Shown: piece after piece, positions 59,750-64,000 of the stretch
Layout of the letters: every line of letters begins with the position of its first letter
Numbering within the stretch: position 1 is the stretch's first letter
DNA from: Geosiphon pyriformis uo1
Lineage: Eukaryota > Fungi > Glomeromycota
DNA length: 64,000 nucleotides
Direction of reading: 5' to 3'
Assembly: GCA_016748015.1 (NCBI GenBank)
Contig: JAAOMT010000295.1
Location: 1,178,001-1,242,000 of the forward strand
The notes under the pieces: model-generated
Seen by the model: the letters and a program-made list of their open reading frames with translations, nothing else
Databases searched by the model: none
What the model was told of the DNA's origin: nothing
Translations under genes and position numbers: made by a program

Positions 59750-62689
59750 TTCCTGCTCCTTGGTGAGGTCAAGAAGTGCAATAAATGTTTCAGGATTTGA
59801 ATTGAAGTCCAAATTGTTATTATTTGCATTGTTATTTTGGGCAAAGCTAGAACTGCTGTTTTTGTCATCATTGTTGTCAGAGTTTGAATTGGAATTAAAA
59901 GTTGATTCTGATTTTGATGCACAGTTACTGATTGGTTCTTCCTCTTCTGGAATCATGTAGATCATACATGGTGGTGGATTGTAAATGAGGTTACACTCAT
60001 TACAATATTAAAAGTCACATAAGATCAAACAGTAGTCACATAGTTAGGTGTTGATTTTTTCTAAGCATTATTTTTGTTCTTTTCGAGTAAGTGCTAATTC
60101 TTAGTAGTGTTCATAGAATTGTTCTGGGTCCAAGAAATTTATGACTGGTTCTGGGTTCCAGTCAAGTTCTATGGGTTCTGGAGGATTATTTTTTAGTATC
60201 CTAATTTCCTCTGGTGATGCACCTTTGATTTTGGCAAATGTCATTCACTATATTTCATCATTATTGTGTGGACAACTGTCCAAATGTTTTACTGCTCTTC
60301 TCCAGGCAGCTTCTATTGGTGTTTTTTTTCTTATCCAGTTACTTATTAGAATCATGTACTGATATAATTCATTGCATGTTCTTCCTCTCCTAGGAATGTT
60401 ATTTCACATTCTTTTGTTAAGGAGAGTTTCACTGCAAGCCAAGCATAATTCATTGTTCTATTTTCCTTGTCTTTTTGGTTGTCCAAACCATTCAATGTTG
60501 TATGGATGGCAATAGAATTTAGTTGTTATCTGCTATTTTTCATTGTATTTACAGCATGTGTCCATTGTGGACAATTTCTTGCTACAGTTAACACATACTA
60601 GTTTTGGTCAGTGATAGTTTGATGGTGATAGTGTGGTATAGATGTAAAGAATATAGGTGACAGTGATGATTGGTGCTGGCTTTTTTTCTCTTCTTTTTCC
60701 TTTTCTTTTGGTATTTTCTTCCTACTCCCAAATTGATAATTCATTTGGGTCATGTCAATTTCTCAGACTTGGTCGGCATTCCAAGTAAGTTCTTTCTTTT
60801 GTTTTTCTTTTCTATTGTTATCCCAGGAGGGTATTGGCGGTAATTCATTGTGGCCGCCTTCAGCCCATTATACTTGATAGGCTTTCCAAGTAGATTTTTT
60901 CTCCTCTTTTTTGAACTCAATGAGTAATGCTGGTATGTTGGTGGTCTTAAAATGGCCACATATGGCTGGTATGTATATGTATCAACTGTTTTGACTAAGT
61001 TAAAGCTCTTGTGTGTTCCAATCATGCATTGCATTGGTTTTGGATAGCTAATCATTACCAATGAGTGCTTAGTATTGTGTAGCTTCCATAACTAATACCT
61101 TAATTGGCATAATGATGTTATTGACTTCTATAAGAAAGTCATCAATCTTGCCAATCAGAGTTTTGGTTGCTTTATCAGCAGTAATGATTTTTGCACTAGC
61201 AGTTCAATCAACTTGGCAACCTAATTGGTTCATGAGTTGTCTTGTGATAATGCTGCCAGCTAATCCACTGTTTAGGATCAGTTTGATGGGATGGCCATCA
61301 ACTTTGATATCAGTGTACATGGTGGTGATAAGTTTTTCTTTAAGAGCAGTTCCACTAAATAACAGCATAACTGATGATTCCTCAAGTTCAAATGGGAAGA
61401 TGGCATCCAGTAATTTATTTTCTGTGATAATAGCTGGTAGAATATTGTTAGTAGATGTTGGAGTGTAATTGGTTTCCTGATTGTTGAATGGGGCATCTTT
61501 TGGGGTTATCAGGAGACTTAAATAGTTCTGAAAATTCGAGTTTTGGGTATACCCAACTCTCAAACTCCACTGATGTGATTCTAATAGATAATCAGATAAA
61601 CTGGGGATCAGTTAATAAACCACTATTGCCAATCTTCAGTTTTGGATGACTTTGGATCTGAGATTTCCTGATGTTATTTAGGTGGTGTTTTGTGCCAGTG
61701 TTTGAATTTGCTAAGATTGATTAATTACTGGTGGCTGTGGTTGATATATTACTTGTGGCTGCAGTTGATAAACTAGAGGTTGATATATGGGTGGTTGATA
61801 AATAGGCTGTTGTGTCATTGGTAGGTAAGTGGGTTAATATTAATCTTGATTTGTATAATGATTTGGTATTTAAAATCTGTGATCAGGGTTTCTATTTTGA
61901 TTTCCTGATGTTACTCATAGAAATATAGGAAATATATTAGTATGATTATTAGCCAATCAGAAATAGGCATAGTAAATATGGAATTCTAGGATTTCTCTCA
62001 GGAATTGCAGGATTCCAGGAATTTCAGAATTCCCATTATGAAGAATCGAGGAATTGGGGAATCTCAAATATGTATATATAGCAGTAGTAGTAGAAACAGA
62101 AAAGACAGAATCGATAGCACAGAATTCTTAGCCTAGAAACAAAATCATCAAATAAATAATTATTTTATATCTCAATCTACTTTCCATTATTAACACTTCA
62201 TGCTGATAGTAATTGACACTTAACCATGTTAGAACAATAGCTCTTGATCATGGCTATTGACAAGATACTAACGTACCAAATTGCCTTGGCTTATTTTCTC
62301 TATTTTCTTTATTTTATTTTCTTTATTTTTGATTTTTGTTGTTGTATACTAATTGATTAAAAGATTAAGCACTGAGTTATTGATGTCAAGGATAATCTGG
62401 TAAAAGACCCAGAAATAAGGGTAAGATTTTATATATTATTGGATAGCTTACCAAAAGGACATGACTGCCAGACTAAATCCAGCCATCACACTGAAAAAAA
62501 AATTGGGAAAACTCTTGGAAAGATACACCTACTATTGATACTATTGAATCTTTGTCCATTATACAAAGGACTTCATCAAAACCTTCAAATAAAACACTTG
62601 CAGAACCTCATTCACAAAAGTAGCTTTTGAACACCAAGTTACAGATTTGTTATTTACTTCAAACAGCAGAAATAATCATCTATAATATT

Positions 62690-62707
62690 TGGTGCTCCCT
62701 GTAAGGT
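62690..62707 (+). promoter_or_regulatory. G4 primer-binding site, complementary to elongator tRNA-Met
   Basis: TGGTGCTCCCTGTAAGGT vs expected TGGTGCTCCCTGTGAGGT: 17/18. Confidence 0.9.
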
Positions 62708-62749
62708 ATAATCTTACAGAGAATCAGCACCAAAAAACACCATCCAAAA

Positions 62750-64000
62750 GTGGCAGAATCAAAAAATATAAAAGCAAACCATTTAGGATTTGCAAAATCC
62801 TTATTTCAATACTATTGTCAATACTTGGGATTAAACCACAATCATATATCTGCCAAATCAGTCTTCAACTTCTACATCAACGAAAAGATTTCTTTTTTAT
62901 TAGAAACACCAGTGAATACTGAATCAGCAAGGGAAACTTTCTATAAGGAGTTAATTCAAAACACCAATCTGCCAACAAATCATAATTTCGCATCCATCAT
63001 TACTGAGATCAACAAAGAAATTGAACACCACACTCAACAAAGATATCCAATTACATACGCTAGTAAAAGCAAGAAAAAACTACAAACACCAGCAGTAATA
63101 CCCAGAAAAATACAGCCACCTACTTGGAAGAAAAACAGAATTGAATCCCCAAGCAACTTATCCTACCACTATATACCTGGAAGTGCTATCAACATATCAT
63201 TAACAGATGCATTCCCATCAATTGCGACATCAGCATTTGGACGATTCTCATTCCAAAGTAGACAAAGGAAAACAGAATTATTAGGACCATATGGCAAATA
63301 CTTTGAGGGATTTAATTCATGATTATCAACCCCATCAGGACTTCGATTACTACTGCCTCCACCTGATTTCGGAATTTCTGATCTGTGGGAAGCAGCAGAA
63401 TCAGAAAAAGAGGAAGAAGAATTAGAGGATCAAGAATTCACTTACCAGCACCCGATCACTGAAAACCTGGAAGTTGAAACCCCGAATTTTCAAACTCAGT
63501 AAAATCTAAATCTAGAAAATTCGGAAATCGAAACTCTGAATTATCAAAGGCAGAACAATCCAAACCCCGAATTAATTAATCAGCAAAACTTACCTCTGGT
63601 TATTGTCATCAATCAATCACCAATTAATCCTATAGCTGAGCCTATACAACAGCCACTTCAACTACCACCCCAACAACCAGTACAATAACAACTGCTTCAA
63701 CAGCCACTACAACCACCTAACTTAGATCTAATAACCTATACAGCAATTGCAAAACTTAACAACTTTACTGGCAAAGAGGATAACATTCAAGTATGGCTTA
63801 ATGATGTAGAAAAAACCATTGCAGCCAATGGATAGAATGACGCTTGAGCAATGCAAGCCATTTCCTATTTTCTCAAGGATACCGCCAATTCATGGTATCA
63901 AAGCTTGGTTAATAAATCACAAGATTTTAATGTCTTCAAAGCAGAATTCTTAAGATACTTCAGCAACAATAACAGCATCAATCACTTAGTCAATACATTC
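62750..64000 (+). pseudogene. G4 gag: N-terminal helical domain, P/Q/E-rich linker, capsid-like domain from 63731
   Basis: One frame with stops at R/Q/W codons; capsid-like AKLNNFTGKEDNIQVWLNDVEK...YFLKDTANSWYQSL; the N-domain resembles G2 31757-32074. Confidence 0.85.

Larger units (their letters stand above)
54588..61908 (-). mobile_element. G3: Ty3/gypsy-type element (3' LTR, ORF3, IN, RH, RT, dUTPase, Cys-rich domain, PR, gag 3' part), cut in gag by G4
   Basis: LTR 54588-55389; PPT AAAGAGGAGGAAA; IN FNYIGIDLV (~57040-57070); RT VYLDNT (~58280-58300); dUTPase 59327-59749; PR KLILNSGLAGSII (~61245-61285). Confidence 0.92.
61909..64000 (+). mobile_element. G4: 5' part of a Ty3/gypsy-type element (same LTR family as G3) inserted antisense into G3 gag; continues beyond window
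   Basis: LTR 61909-62687 (TGTTAC...TATAATA); PBS 62690-62707; gag frame from 62750. Confidence 0.92.

Noticed and set aside
1-64000. Alternative genetic code (TAA/TAG = Gln, TGA = Trp/Arg), suggested by stops at Q/W/R positions in TE ORFs
   Set aside because: The photolyase has no in-frame stops and ends in TAA. Stop positions differ between homologous TE copies and fit C-to-T/G-to-A mutation.

Overview
Eukaryotic DNA, most likely from a fungus. The repeat and protein families resemble those of Glomeromycotina such as Geosiphon, but this is an inference from recall and was not checked. Most of the window is a stack of nested, mutationally eroded transposons. (1) Four copies of one non-LTR (LINE) family: ORF1 with two RRM-like domains and a CCHC knuckle; ORF2 with APE, RT, RNase H and a CCHC motif. 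(2) Four Ty3/gypsy-type LTR elements, G1-G4; G1 and G2 are complete with 4-bp TSDs. (3) Two solo LTRs, one hAT DNA transposon (8-bp TSD) and a probable short LINE derivative lacking ORF2. One CpG-rich host island (~49.2-51.9 kb) holds an intact 9-exon class I CPD photolyase gene, head-to-head with an elongator tRNA-Met gene. The first main signal is a retrovirus-like gypsy lineage: an in-frame Gag N-terminal extension (GUG start in two elements), a multi-Cys domain plus dUTPase between PR and RT, and a conserved accessory ORF that runs through the PPT into U3. Two of its PBSs match the tRNA-Met encoded in this same window. The second main signal is strong C:G to T:A erosion of the repeats in many dinucleotide contexts, which spares the gene island. 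Coordinates were read by hand, and internal domain limits are approximate.
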